A DNA stretch of 32,021 nt from Flavobacteriales bacterium (GCA_026983815.1 JALSTJ010000415.1:1-32021), one strand, 5' to 3'. Positions 1-8,865 are shown, counted from the stretch's first letter. The notes: generated by a model from the sequence alone, not told the origin. Numbers and translations are program-made.

Positions 1-102
1 TCCTGTTATCAAAGCGATAGTTCCCCCCGAAACTCCCGGGATAACATTTGCAGCTCCCATAGCCATAGCTTTAAGTATGAGCTTCGGATTAAATTTTTTC
101 AT
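1..102 (-). CDS. DUF368-family integral membrane protein (PopT-like polyprenyl-phosphate translocase family); only the first 34 codons, gene runs off the left edge
   Basis: Reverse complement of 1..102 starts ATG AAA AAA TTT and reads MKKFNPKLILKAMAMGAANVIPGVSGGTIALITG. The IPGVSGGTIAL motif is the characteristic DUF368 N-terminus. It is absent from the ORF track because it is truncated by the window edge. Confidence 0.6.
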   Translation of the reverse strand, partial: MKKFNPKLILKAMAMGAANVIPGVSGGTIALITG

Positions 103-103
103 A

Positions 104-1333
104 TTAATTTCCGCTCATTTTGTTTTGGATTTTTTTGCAGTCAGGGAACTGTTTATTGGCTTCTAAAAGTAAGGAACGATAATTTTCTTTATCGTGAATT
201 TTCAGGTATAAATCAGCTAATTGCAATACTACCGGCACTTTCAAAGGGCCAAATTTGATGCTGTTTTCCAATGCTTTAATTGCTTTTTCTATTTGATTTT
301 GTTTTAAAAGTAACTCTGCATGTTGTTCATAAATTTGTTGGGTTGGACTGATTTTAATTGCCTCCAAACTTTTTTGAAGGGCTTCTTCAAATTTATTATT
401 TTTTTCCAACAAATTGATTAATTTATACCAAGATTTATAATGTCCGGGATCTTCATCAAGGGCTTTATTATAAAATTCAATGGCTTTGTCCGGTTGTTGA
501 TCGAGTTCATAGTTTTTTGCAATATGATAGTAAGCAAAAGGGGTAGGGTCTGATATTTCCAATGTTATCTTGTATAAATTGATGGCATCATTGTAATTTC
601 CCAAATGTGTAAGAACAAATGCTTTGTCATAGTATGCCCCTAGAAATTTATCATCAATTGCAATAGCATAATCCAATGCATTGAGTGCCTTGTAGTATTC
701 TTTTTTTTCCAGATATTTTTTTGCTAATAAACTCCATCCGATTTCACTCAATGGCTGTTTATCTACATAGCTTTCAAGAAACTGAATGCTTTTATCCGTC
801 AAACTTAGATAATCATAACATGAAATTGCATTGTATAAAGCTGCTTGATTTTCCGGATCAAATTTTAAACTTAATAAAGCTGCTTTTAAGGCATTTTCAT
901 AATCATCCAAATAAAGATATTCAATGGTTAGCAAATCATAAATTTCCGGATCATGAATCTGATTTTTTAAAGCTTTTTGAAGTGCTTTAACAGCTTTGAG
1001 ATGATGATTGGTACGAGAATAAATATCAGCTTCAAGTAAAAAAACTTCGATATCTATCTTTATTTTTTGAATTCCTTCTATAATTTCCAAAGCTTCTTCA
1101 AACTTATTTTCTTGACTCAACAGCTCTGCTTTAAATAAAGCGATATCAGGATTTCCGGGATTTTGTTTATCTGCTTCTCTTAGGGATTTCCAAGCCATAT
1201 TGTTATTTCCAATAAATATATAGTGATCGATAATTTCCAGAAATTCATTTAAGTCGAAAAAATAATTTTTTCCAGATACAATCATTTTTTCAAAACGTTG
1301 TATCAAATCTTCATGTGAGCGTTTTTTACTCAT
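104..1333 (-). CDS. Tetratricopeptide-repeat (TPR) protein
   Basis: 409-aa ORF with many consecutive 34-residue helical-pair repeats showing the A/Y/L TPR pattern (e.g. YYHIAKNYELDQQPDKAIEFYNKALDEDP, GAYYDKAFVLTHLGNYNDAINLYKITLEISP-like). Its stop lies 1 nt from the DUF368 start. Confidence 0.85.
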   Translation of the reverse strand: MSKKRSHEDLIQRFEKMIVSGKNYFFDLNEFLEIIDHYIFIGNNNMAWKSLREADKQNPGNPDIALFKAELLSQENKFEEALEIIEGIQKIKIDIEVFLLEADIYSRTNHHLKAVKALQKALKNQIHDPEIYDLLTIEYLYLDDYENALKAALLSLKFDPENQAALYNAISCYDYLSLTDKSIQFLESYVDKQPLSEIGWSLLAKKYLEKKEYYKALNALDYAIAIDDKFLGAYYDKAFVLTHLGNYNDAINLYKITLEISDPTPFAYYHIAKNYELDQQPDKAIEFYNKALDEDPGHYKSWYKLINLLEKNNKFEEALQKSLEAIKISPTQQIYEQHAELLLKQNQIEKAIKALENSIKFGPLKVPVVLQLADLYLKIHDKENYRSLLLEANKQFPDCKKIQNKMSGN

Positions 1334-1353
1334 AGTGTATTTTTTATAAGATG

Positions 1354-1361
1354 CAAATTTA
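1354..1361 (-). promoter_or_regulatory. Bacteroidota sigma-A type -7 box (TAAATTTG) for the TPR gene
   Basis: Exact match to TAnnTTTG on the minus strand, 20 nt upstream of the ATG at 1333. No clear -33 TTTG seen. Confidence 0.4.
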
Positions 1362-1458
1362 ACAAAAATTAAATAGAAGACTAATTTATATTTTTTATAG
1401 TTATTAACATATTTATCAAATAAACTCTTTTAATTAAGAAAAAGGAAGTGAATTACTT

Positions 1459-3231
1459 TTATAGATTATCATAAATATCATTATAAAGATGTTGATATTT
1501 TTCTTTGATGATTTTTCTTTTGAGTTTCATAGTAGGGGTCAAATGCCCGGCTTCAACCGTCCATTCATCAGGGGTCAGACGGAAAAGTTTGATTTTTTCC
1601 CATTTACCAAAATCTTGGTTATATTTATCTATTTCTTTTTGAAATCTTTGAATAACTTGGGAATGTTTAATTAATTCTTTCGGATTTTCCGGTAGATTTA
1701 ATTGATGTCTTTTTCCCCATTCTTTTACAAAAGGGAAATTGGGTTGTATCAGAGCAGATACTAATTTTTGTCCTTCTCCTACCACCATAATTTGTTCAAT
1801 AAAAGGAGATTGTTTCATCGCATTTTCCAAAAGTTGTGGTGCTACGTATTTACCCCCCGAGGTTTTGAACATTTCTTTTTTTCTATCAGTTATCTTTAGC
1901 ACGCCATCTTTATCCAATTCACCAATATCTCCCGTATGTAAATAGCCATCAGTTATTACTTCTGCGGTTTTTTCGGGGTCTTTATAATATCCCATCATGA
2001 TATTTGGACCTTTGGCAAGAATTTCTCCGTCATCGGCAATTTTAACTTCTACAATGTCAATTGGAGGACCGACAGTTCCTATTTTCCAGAATGCATTGGG
2101 AGAATTTACAGAAATTACACCGGCACTTTCCGTTAAGCCATATCCTTCCAAAATAAAAATTTGAGCTGCATTAAAAACTCTTTGCAAGCGTGGTTGTAGT
2201 GCGGCACTTCCGGAAACAATATATCTAACTTCTCCACCAAGTGCTTGTTGCCATTTACTGAAAATTAATTTACGAGCTATTTTTAATTTAATGCTGTATG
2301 GAAATTTATTTTCTTTTTTAAAATCAAATTTTTCACCGACTTTTACGGCCCAAAAAAATAAAGCTTTTTTAATTCCGTTTAATTCTTGTCCTTTGGCTAT
2401 AATTTTATCATATACTTTTTCCAGAAGTCTTGGGACAGCTGTAAAAATATGAGGTTTGACTTCTCGAATGTTTTCTCCGATTTGGTCAATGGATTCGGCA
2501 AAATAGATGCCATATCCTTTATAAGTGTATAAATATTGAATAATTCTTTCAAAAATATGACATGAAGGCAGAAAACTAATAGTTCTGGCTTGGTCGGGTA
2601 GAGGAGGGATTCTTTTGGCTGCTGATGTTACTACAGAAGCAATATTCCGGTGTGATAGCATCACTCCCTTAGGCTTTCCAGTGGTTCCTGAAGTATAGAT
2701 CAAAGTAGCCAAGTCATCAGGTTGAACAGAATTTTTTCTATTTTCCACATCTTGTTGATTGTTTTCATCTTTTCCCAATTCTATGATTTCGTTCCAATTT
2801 TTTACTTCGTTTATATTATCAAAAGAATAAATTTCTTTAAGCGTAGGAATATTTTTTGCAACGGATTTTAATTTTTGATAAATTTCATCATTTGATACGA
2901 TGGCTAATTTAACCTCAGCATGATTCATAATATATTCATAATCGGAAGCTGCGATAGTAGGGTAAATCGGGACATCTTGCGCTCCCACCTGTAAAACACC
3001 AAGGTCAGTTATATTCCATTTGGTTTGATTATTATGTGAAATAATTGCTATTTTATCATTGGCTTGAATCCCTAATCTTAATAGCCCGCGACTAAATTGA
3101 TCAACTTGTTTTTTTAAATTAGCAGTAGATGTTTTAACCCATTTGCCGTTTTCTTTGGTTACAAAAGCATCTTCACGTGGATTATTTTTTAATTGATAAT
3201 CAATAAAATCAAATAATTTATTTAGTTCCAT
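1459..3231 (-). CDS. Long-chain fatty-acid--CoA ligase (AMP-forming acyl-CoA synthetase, FAA1/COG1022-like)
   Basis: 590-aa ORF with the AMP-binding signature YTSGTTGKPKGVMLSHRN, plus LEGYGLTES, TGDIGELDKDG and ITDRKKE motifs. Length is typical of the long FAA1-type enzymes. Confidence 0.9.
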   Translation of the reverse strand: MELNKLFDFIDYQLKNNPREDAFVTKENGKWVKTSTANLKKQVDQFSRGLLRLGIQANDKIAIISHNNQTKWNITDLGVLQVGAQDVPIYPTIAASDYEYIMNHAEVKLAIVSNDEIYQKLKSVAKNIPTLKEIYSFDNINEVKNWNEIIELGKDENNQQDVENRKNSVQPDDLATLIYTSGTTGKPKGVMLSHRNIASVVTSAAKRIPPLPDQARTISFLPSCHIFERIIQYLYTYKGYGIYFAESIDQIGENIREVKPHIFTAVPRLLEKVYDKIIAKGQELNGIKKALFFWAVKVGEKFDFKKENKFPYSIKLKIARKLIFSKWQQALGGEVRYIVSGSAALQPRLQRVFNAAQIFILEGYGLTESAGVISVNSPNAFWKIGTVGPPIDIVEVKIADDGEILAKGPNIMMGYYKDPEKTAEVITDGYLHTGDIGELDKDGVLKITDRKKEMFKTSGGKYVAPQLLENAMKQSPFIEQIMVVGEGQKLVSALIQPNFPFVKEWGKRHQLNLPENPKELIKHSQVIQRFQKEIDKYNQDFGKWEKIKLFRLTPDEWTVEAGHLTPTMKLKRKIIKEKYQHLYNDIYDNL

Positions 3232-3328
3232 ATTTTGTTATTTTGAAGGACAATATATAAAAAAAAATACAATTTTAAAAACAATAATTTAATTTGTCTA
3301 TTGATTTTATTGATTTTTCAATATAAAA

Positions 3329-4393
3329 TTATTCAACAATGATTTTTTTCACCGATGTATTTTCTTGACTTTTAATCAAAAGAATATACATTCCTTGCAA
3401 TTCTAGTGGAAGATGAATATTTTTAAAATTTTTTTGGACAATTTGTATTTTTTTGCCGGAAAGATCCATAATATCTATTTCCTGAATTTTGTCCTGATTT
3501 AGGTTTTTGATATGAAGAACATGATCTGGTATAGGATTTGGATAAATTACCCATTTGTTAGTTTTATTATTAGGAGTTGCATTGGTCGGGTCCCAAATTT
3601 GTGCAACCCATTCGGGATGGTCTATATACGGATTTCTGTTTCCTTGAAAATTATAGACCGCATTGTTTCTATCAATTTCTCTTTGAGAAACAGGGTCATT
3701 ATAATGCCATTGAAGCAGGATATTTAGGAACCAATTGCTAAATACTTGGTTGCTGGTGTGATTTAGCATATCATGATCCCAACCGGCAACCTGATCTTCA
3801 TATCGAGTTGCAAAATAGAATAACATACGGGCAATATCTCCTTTGAATTCATCTATGGGTTCAAAAACAATTCCATTATATCCCGATGTAGAATTATGTC
3901 CGAGTTTTGAGCCGTTGGTTGAAGTCCAAGTAGGATTGGAGACTTCTCCAAATGGATAATTGCTTCTTCTATTGTTTACATATCCATCGGTGGGAACAAC
4001 AAAATGGGCGTCGCTTTTCATCGGTGCAGCCGAACCAAATACACTTTGCGGGACCAGATGTTCTCTATTGTAACATGAACCCTCTCCTGAATAATTTCCA
4101 CATTTATCCGAAATGTGATGATATTCATAAGCATCAGGACCATTAGGTTTTTCGGAATACATATCCAAGACGGTTCCATCGTTTTCATAATAATTATCCG
4201 TATCGCTTGTTTGATAACAAGTATATAAATCACTATAAGAATGAGGATTGTGTGAGTTTGTAATGATATTTTTTAATGCTGTTTTTAGTTGATATCCACT
4301 CAAACCTTGTGCATTATCATAATATCCTGCGGGTATTTGTGCTTGGAGGTGAAAGCTTATAATGAGTAGGAGTAAAGCTAGTTTTTTCATCAT
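3329..4393 (-). CDS. Secreted endonuclease I family nuclease with T9SS type A C-terminal sorting domain
   Basis: Signal peptide MMKKLALLLLIISFHLQAQ. Endonuclease I motifs are present: NREHLVPQS and SDAHFVVPTDGYVNNRRSNYPFG, with NPYIDHPEW near the end of the catalytic domain. The last ~74 aa look like a Por/T9SS sorting tail. Confidence 0.85.
   Translation of the reverse strand: MMKKLALLLLIISFHLQAQIPAGYYDNAQGLSGYQLKTALKNIITNSHNPHSYSDLYTCYQTSDTDNYYENDGTVLDMYSEKPNGPDAYEYHHISDKCGNYSGEGSCYNREHLVPQSVFGSAAPMKSDAHFVVPTDGYVNNRRSNYPFGEVSNPTWTSTNGSKLGHNSTSGYNGIVFEPIDEFKGDIARMLFYFATRYEDQVAGWDHDMLNHTSNQVFSNWFLNILLQWHYNDPVSQREIDRNNAVYNFQGNRNPYIDHPEWVAQIWDPTNATPNNKTNKWVIYPNPIPDHVLHIKNLNQDKIQEIDIMDLSGKKIQIVQKNFKNIHLPLELQGMYILLIKSQENTSVKKIIVE
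3332..3553 (-). other. T9SS type A (Por secretion tail) C-terminal sorting domain of the nuclease
   Basis: C-terminal 74 aa are WVIYPNPIPDHVLHIKNLNQDKIQEIDIMDLSGKKIQIVQKNFKNIHLPLELQGMYILLIKSQENTSVKKIIVE. This shows the YPNP start, D..GK..., G.Y.L.I and KK(I/L)I(V/K) pattern typical of TIGR04183-type CTDs. Confidence 0.7.
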
Positions 4394-4404
4394 TTTGGTG
4401 TGTG

Positions 4405-5598
4405 TTAATTTATTTTTTTCAATTTTGCCATATAAAATCCATCATTTCCTGTTGCAGACGGAAAAATATGTTTATCTTCGACAAAGATAAAATTTTTATT
4501 TTGTTCCAAGAAAGACTTAATATTTTTTTCATTTTCTTCGGGCAAAATGGAACAGGTAACATAAATAAGCTGTCCACTGGGCTTTATCATTTGGGAATAA
4601 TTTTCCAAGATATTTTTTTGGACGGTTTTGATTTTTTTTAATTTATATTGGTTTAACTCCCATTTAAGTCCCGGTTTTCTTTTGAGAGTGCCTAAACTGC
4701 TGCAAGGAACATCCAATAATAAAATATCAGCCATCATTTTATTTTTTTCCAAAATTTCATTTGTTATCACTTGGGCTTCTACAATATTTTTTATACCGTT
4801 TCGTTTGGCTCTTTTTTTTAGTTCGTCAATTTTGGAGGGATAAATATCATAAGCATAAATTTTTCCTTTGTTTTTCATTAAACAAGCCAAATGCAAGGTT
4901 TTACCACCCGCTCCTGCACAAGCATCTATTATGGTTTGTCCGTGTTTAGGTTGGACAAAAAAAGCTACTTCTTGTGAGGAAGCATCTTGTATTTCAAACC
5001 ATCCTTTTTTGTAGCAATCCAGATGGGTAAGTTTGGGTTTTCCTTGGATAAATAAGGCGTGAGGATACTTTTCTTTTGAATAGGATTTTATATTTTGAAG
5101 GGCTAATTTTTCTTGAAGTTTGTTAATATCGGTTTTTAAAATATTTACACGTATTACGGTAGGTGCTTCTATATTTAATGCTTTGATTTCTATTTCAAAT
5201 TTTTCGTTACCCATTTGTTTTTTTCCCGTTATTTCCAACCAATCGGGGATGGATTGTTCGATAGAGAAGGGGAGTTGTTGTTCAAAATTTATTTTATCGA
5301 ATTCTATTGTGTTTTTAAACCATTGCTGTATTGGAATATCATTTTGTTTACTCCAAGCAGTTAAAATATTCCATTTTCCTTCAATAGTTTTTATGTCGGA
5401 ATTAGTAACATATTCATATAATCTTTTCCAACGAATGATATCATATAATACTTTTGCTGCAAATTTTCGATCGCGGCTGCCCCATTTTTTTTGAGATTTC
5501 AATAAATCCCGAATACTTTTATCTGCTTGTTTATGTTGATTGAAGATTTCTTCTAAAATTTTTAAAACTGCATAACTTATGTTTTTATACCATCTCAT
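4405..5598 (-). CDS. RsmB/NOP2/Sun-family SAM-dependent RNA (cytosine-C5) methyltransferase
   Basis: 397-aa ORF with SAM motif I DACAGAGGKT, motif IV DVPCSSLGTLKRKP (catalytic Cys) and motif VI YVTCSILPEENE (second Cys). The N-terminal region is NusB-like. The exact rRNA target cannot be told from sequence. Confidence 0.85.
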   Translation of the reverse strand: MRWYKNISYAVLKILEEIFNQHKQADKSIRDLLKSQKKWGSRDRKFAAKVLYDIIRWKRLYEYVTNSDIKTIEGKWNILTAWSKQNDIPIQQWFKNTIEFDKINFEQQLPFSIEQSIPDWLEITGKKQMGNEKFEIEIKALNIEAPTVIRVNILKTDINKLQEKLALQNIKSYSKEKYPHALFIQGKPKLTHLDCYKKGWFEIQDASSQEVAFFVQPKHGQTIIDACAGAGGKTLHLACLMKNKGKIYAYDIYPSKIDELKKRAKRNGIKNIVEAQVITNEILEKNKMMADILLLDVPCSSLGTLKRKPGLKWELNQYKLKKIKTVQKNILENYSQMIKPSGQLIYVTCSILPEENEKNIKSFLEQNKNFIFVEDKHIFPSATGNDGFYMAKLKKIN

Positions 5599-5608
5599 TT
5601 GAATACTT

Positions 5609-5616
5609 TATCTTTG
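5609..5616 (+). promoter_or_regulatory. -7 box TATCTTTG for the downstream membrane-protein gene
   Basis: Exact TAnnTTTG 18 nt upstream of the ATG at 5635. It lies inside the TTG-initiated extension in the ORF track, which argues that 5635 is the true start. Confidence 0.45.
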
Positions 5617-5624
5617 CAAAAATA
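5617..5624 (-). promoter_or_regulatory. -7 box TATTTTTG for the RNA methyltransferase/nuclease operon
   Basis: Exact TAnnTTTG on the minus strand 18 nt upstream of the ATG at 5598. It directly abuts the plus-strand box (TATCTTTGCAAAAATA, 5609..5624). Confidence 0.45.
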
Positions 5625-5634
5625 TAACTTATTC

Positions 5635-6417
5635 ATGTTAATAAAGCATTTAAAAAAAATATTTGATCTTTATATTTTTCTAAACATACATGTTGCTTTG
5701 TCTGTTTTAGCTTTATATTTTATTTTTCATCATCAATGGAATCAAAACTATGCTTGGTTTTTATTTACCTCAACGGTTTTATCCTATGGAATTATCCGTT
5801 TGATTGATGTGTCATCTAATAGGGATATTTTTAAAAGCTATTTTTATGCTTATCGCTTGCTTTTTTATATAGTTTTGCTTTTAAGTTTCTTGTTTGCGCT
5901 TGGTTTCTTTTTGAAATTGAATTTTCTTACTCAATTATTGATTATTCCTTTGACTATTATAACATTGACTTATCAGACCATATTGAGAAGAAATGGTATC
6001 GTAAAAATATTGACGGTTGCGGGAGTATGGGCTTCGATGATTGTTCTTTTACCTATTGAACATTTGAAAGATTTTGACAGAAAGCTTTTGCTCCATTTTA
6101 TTTATGTTTTTCTTTATGTTTTGATGCTTACTTTAAGTTTTGATCAAAGAGATGTGTTGATAGATGCTCCGGAATTAAAAACTTTGGCACAACGTTTTCC
6201 TCATAAAAAGCTATTGATATATTTTACATTATTGACTGTTTTTCTATCGATGAATAGTTTTATTTTTACAAATACCCGATCATATTTAGTCAGTAATTTT
6301 ATGATTTTGATTTCATTGGTATTATGTTTTTCTTCTAAACAAGAAAAAAGTTTTTATTTTACGGCTTTTTGGATTGAAGCTTTGCCTATTTTTTGGTATC
6401 TAATTTTGAAAATATAG
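5635..6417 (+). CDS. Polytopic integral membrane protein, function unknown
   Basis: The ORF is open from 5599 (TTG); the first ATG is at 5635 (MLIKHLKK...). There are about 7-8 hydrophobic stretches of ~20 aa and no motif I can assign. Confidence 0.6.
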   Translation: MLIKHLKKIFDLYIFLNIHVALSVLALYFIFHHQWNQNYAWFLFTSTVLSYGIIRLIDVSSNRDIFKSYFYAYRLLFYIVLLLSFLFALGFFLKLNFLTQLLIIPLTIITLTYQTILRRNGIVKILTVAGVWASMIVLLPIEHLKDFDRKLLLHFIYVFLYVLMLTLSFDQRDVLIDAPELKTLAQRFPHKKLLIYFTLLTVFLSMNSFIFTNTRSYLVSNFMILISLVLCFSSKQEKSFYFTAFWIEALPIFWYLILKI

Positions 6418-6474
6418 AAATGCCTAAAGCATATTGTTTTCGGTATTTAAAATATACATTTTACAAATTATTTC

Positions 6475-8865
6475 TTAAGGTTTCCCTACAATTTGAAAAG
6501 GTCTAATCATCACATAAACATTAGTAATTTTCATTGTAGAAGAACCATCAGTAATACCATAAAGATGTAACTCCCAAATGTCAGTTCCTGCATTCCAAGC
6601 TTTCCACTGAGATTCTACTATATATTTTCCGGGACTGGTATTATTCCAGGTCCAAGTGTCAGAAGTTGTAATAGGAGTTACGTCTGATGCATTATTGATA
6701 GCGTGTAATTGGAACTGATTTCCTAAGCCGGAAGCATTGGATACCCTGACAAATACTTTTACTTGAACCAAGCCTTGCAATTGATAAATTACAGGATTAA
6801 AACCTGCTTCCATAAGATTTAAGTCGGCATTGGTGTTTTGAAATACTGTATATTCGTTACCACTCCATAAGTTGATTGTCGAAACTTGATTTTTTGAAGT
6901 GGTATAGCCTTTGAACATCCCCGCCCAAGATTTGTTGTCATTATCATCCACCTCACCATATACTGCAATGTGTCTTCCATTACCATTATTTTTAGCAACA
7001 TTATAAGATCCTACATGTGTCCCATTACCTAAATCAGATACTTCATTGTAAGTTCCGAAATGATCTCCATCACCATTGTCTATGAAAACCGAAGGATTAT
7101 TTAGTAAATCACGACCAATAATATTTAAATTACCATATTGTCTTCCTCCAACAATCATATTGGAAGCATCAGATTTGGCAATAATACTGTTAAGATTTGC
7201 AATTTGCAATCCTTGTAATTGACTCCCGACATGTCCGCCGGCTAAGACATTATTGGTACCGATGTGAGTCCCATTACTGTTTATTTCGGAATTATTTAAC
7301 AAATCCAATCCAATTATATTAAATGTACCATTATGTATTCCCGAACCTCGATCATTTAAGTTATTTACTGTTCCGAAATGATTTCCGGTTGTATTGGTAG
7401 GTGTATGATTTGCATAATTATATCCGATAATATTCATTCCTCCTATATGTTTACCATTTCCTGTGCTTAAAATATTATTTAAAGAGGTTATATGTTCGCC
7501 ATTACCATCCCCCATAATTACATCAGTATTTCCTATTCTTTTGGCATCACTGTCTCCCGATACTGGAATTGGAGTGGTGGGTGCAGTCTGTGTAACATAA
7601 GCCCCCAAAATATTAACAGTTCCTGCATGTGAGGCATTTCCAATATCAGAAAGTGTATTGAAAATTCCAATATGTTTTCCAGTGGTTTGGGTGGGAGTTT
7701 GGTTGGTTGGATCATATCCCAAAGAATTTCCGATACCAATATGTAAGCCATTCCCTGTACTAAAAACAGCATTTCCTTCAGCAATATGAATTCCGCTACC
7801 ATTTCCTGCAACAATGTTTATAGCTCCAACTCTTTTTCCATTGCTGTCGTTGGTAATAGGGTCAATGGAGGTAGGGTTGTTTTCATGAACGCCAGCTCCA
7901 ATAGAGTTTAAAGTTCCAACATGAATTGCAGTTCCATTATTTTTAATTTCATTAACTACTCCGATTTGCTTTCCTGTTCCTGTATTTAATATTCTATTGA
8001 AAGCTCCAAATTGTGAGCCATTCCCTGTTCCTCCAATTCTTTGATATTGACCAAAATGTATTCCGTCTTTGCTATTATCAATAAAAGTGTAATAAGAATA
8101 AATAATTCCTTCTGTGTTGTTATTAAATCCTAAATAATTTAATACTCCATAGGTAGCTCCGGTTCCTTGCGAATTATGAATATAATTATAATCTCCAACC
8201 ATATTTACATCATTGTTTCCACTTATATCAGAAACATAGCCATAGGAATTCTTATTACTTCCGATAATATCGGTTTCAAAACCGGTAAGTGCATCATAAT
8301 TTGTATTTCCAATATTTCCTCCTAAAGCAGAATAAACTCCAATTTTTCCCAAAGAAGTCGGCATTGGTCCATTACTGTTAAAAAAGCCGGATATTCTTAA
8401 AATTGAAGTATCAGTGTTGGCTTGATTTACTTTTAATACACTTGATTTGGAATCATCGGTAATATCCAATCGATATTCCGGAGTATTTTTTCCAATGGCG
8501 ACATTTCCCATATGATAAATATCATCATTGATATCTGTTGGGGAATCGGTTGTTCCGGTTTTGAACCAGTCTTTATCGCTAGAGGAAGTGTTAGAACCTA
8601 TTTGATTCCAAGTAGTTCCATCCCAAAACCAAAAACTTTTGGTATCTGTATCGTATACTGTCAGCCCATCTTCAGAAGCAGATAAAGAAGCAGCCAAATT
8701 TGTTCTGTCAGCGGTAGTAAATCTTGGAATTAAAATTCCCTTGGTATTTGAAGATATATCTAACATTGCATTAGTGTTAGGCGTATTTCCGGTATTATTA
8801 ACTGCAACTTGTGCTTGAATTAAATTAACGGAAATCAATATAAAAAATAATATAATTGTTTTCAT
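6475..8865 (-). CDS. Secreted Gly/His/Asn-rich repeat protein (beta-solenoid-like), function unknown
   Basis: The ORF is open to 8904, but the ATG at 8865 gives a clean signal peptide MKTIILFFILISVNLIQAQ. The core (about 6955..8367) has ~19 copies of a G-x-G-x-H-(I/V/F)-G-x-x-N motif. The C-terminal ~140 aa are non-repetitive with no recognisable T9SS CTD. Confidence 0.75.
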   Translation of the reverse strand: MKTIILFFILISVNLIQAQVAVNNTGNTPNTNAMLDISSNTKGILIPRFTTADRTNLAASLSASEDGLTVYDTDTKSFWFWDGTTWNQIGSNTSSSDKDWFKTGTTDSPTDINDDIYHMGNVAIGKNTPEYRLDITDDSKSSVLKVNQANTDTSILRISGFFNSNGPMPTSLGKIGVYSALGGNIGNTNYDALTGFETDIIGSNKNSYGYVSDISGNNDVNMVGDYNYIHNSQGTGATYGVLNYLGFNNNTEGIIYSYYTFIDNSKDGIHFGQYQRIGGTGNGSQFGAFNRILNTGTGKQIGVVNEIKNNGTAIHVGTLNSIGAGVHENNPTSIDPITNDSNGKRVGAINIVAGNGSGIHIAEGNAVFSTGNGLHIGIGNSLGYDPTNQTPTQTTGKHIGIFNTLSDIGNASHAGTVNILGAYVTQTAPTTPIPVSGDSDAKRIGNTDVIMGDGNGEHITSLNNILSTGNGKHIGGMNIIGYNYANHTPTNTTGNHFGTVNNLNDRGSGIHNGTFNIIGLDLLNNSEINSNGTHIGTNNVLAGGHVGSQLQGLQIANLNSIIAKSDASNMIVGGRQYGNLNIIGRDLLNNPSVFIDNGDGDHFGTYNEVSDLGNGTHVGSYNVAKNNGNGRHIAVYGEVDDNDNKSWAGMFKGYTTSKNQVSTINLWSGNEYTVFQNTNADLNLMEAGFNPVIYQLQGLVQVKVFVRVSNASGLGNQFQLHAINNASDVTPITTSDTWTWNNTSPGKYIVESQWKAWNAGTDIWELHLYGITDGSSTMKITNVYVMIRPFQIVGKP

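Noticed and set aside
685-990. Short antisense or alternative-frame ORFs inside well-supported genes. Examples are 685..990, 1489..1674, 1739..1945, 3512..3727, 3952..4233, 4402..5494, 6819..7814, 9272..9457, 11467..11658, 19303..19676, 20556..20804, 21169..21372, 23606..23824, 24994..25212, 25690..26591, 27850..28182, 28328..28540, 28695..28982, 29466..29699, 30208..30441 and 31445..31666.
   Set aside because: Each lies wholly within a longer ORF that has clear family motifs. Their translations are low-complexity AT-rich-codon strings (Phe/Ile/Leu/Lys/Ser) without motifs or promoter boxes.
5599-5634. The TTG start at 5599 for the membrane protein (ORF track).
   Set aside because: This segment contains both divergent -7 boxes, whereas the ATG at 5635 lies 18 nt downstream of the plus-strand box. 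The N-terminal extensions at 21744..21770 (TolC), 8866..8904 (repeat protein) and 11638..11676 (PorP/SprF) were rejected on a different ground: in each case an internal ATG starts a clean signal peptide. For PorP/SprF the extension would also overlap the giant gene by 40 nt.
6475-6900. The C-terminus of the 809-aa repeat protein as a T9SS sorting domain, which would make it a second cargo of the cassette.
   Set aside because: I could not recognise either the type A pattern (YPNP ... G.Y ... terminal K/R-rich beta strand) or the type B pattern (PNGDG.ND ... NRWG ... GTYYY). The question is left open in the findings rather than called.
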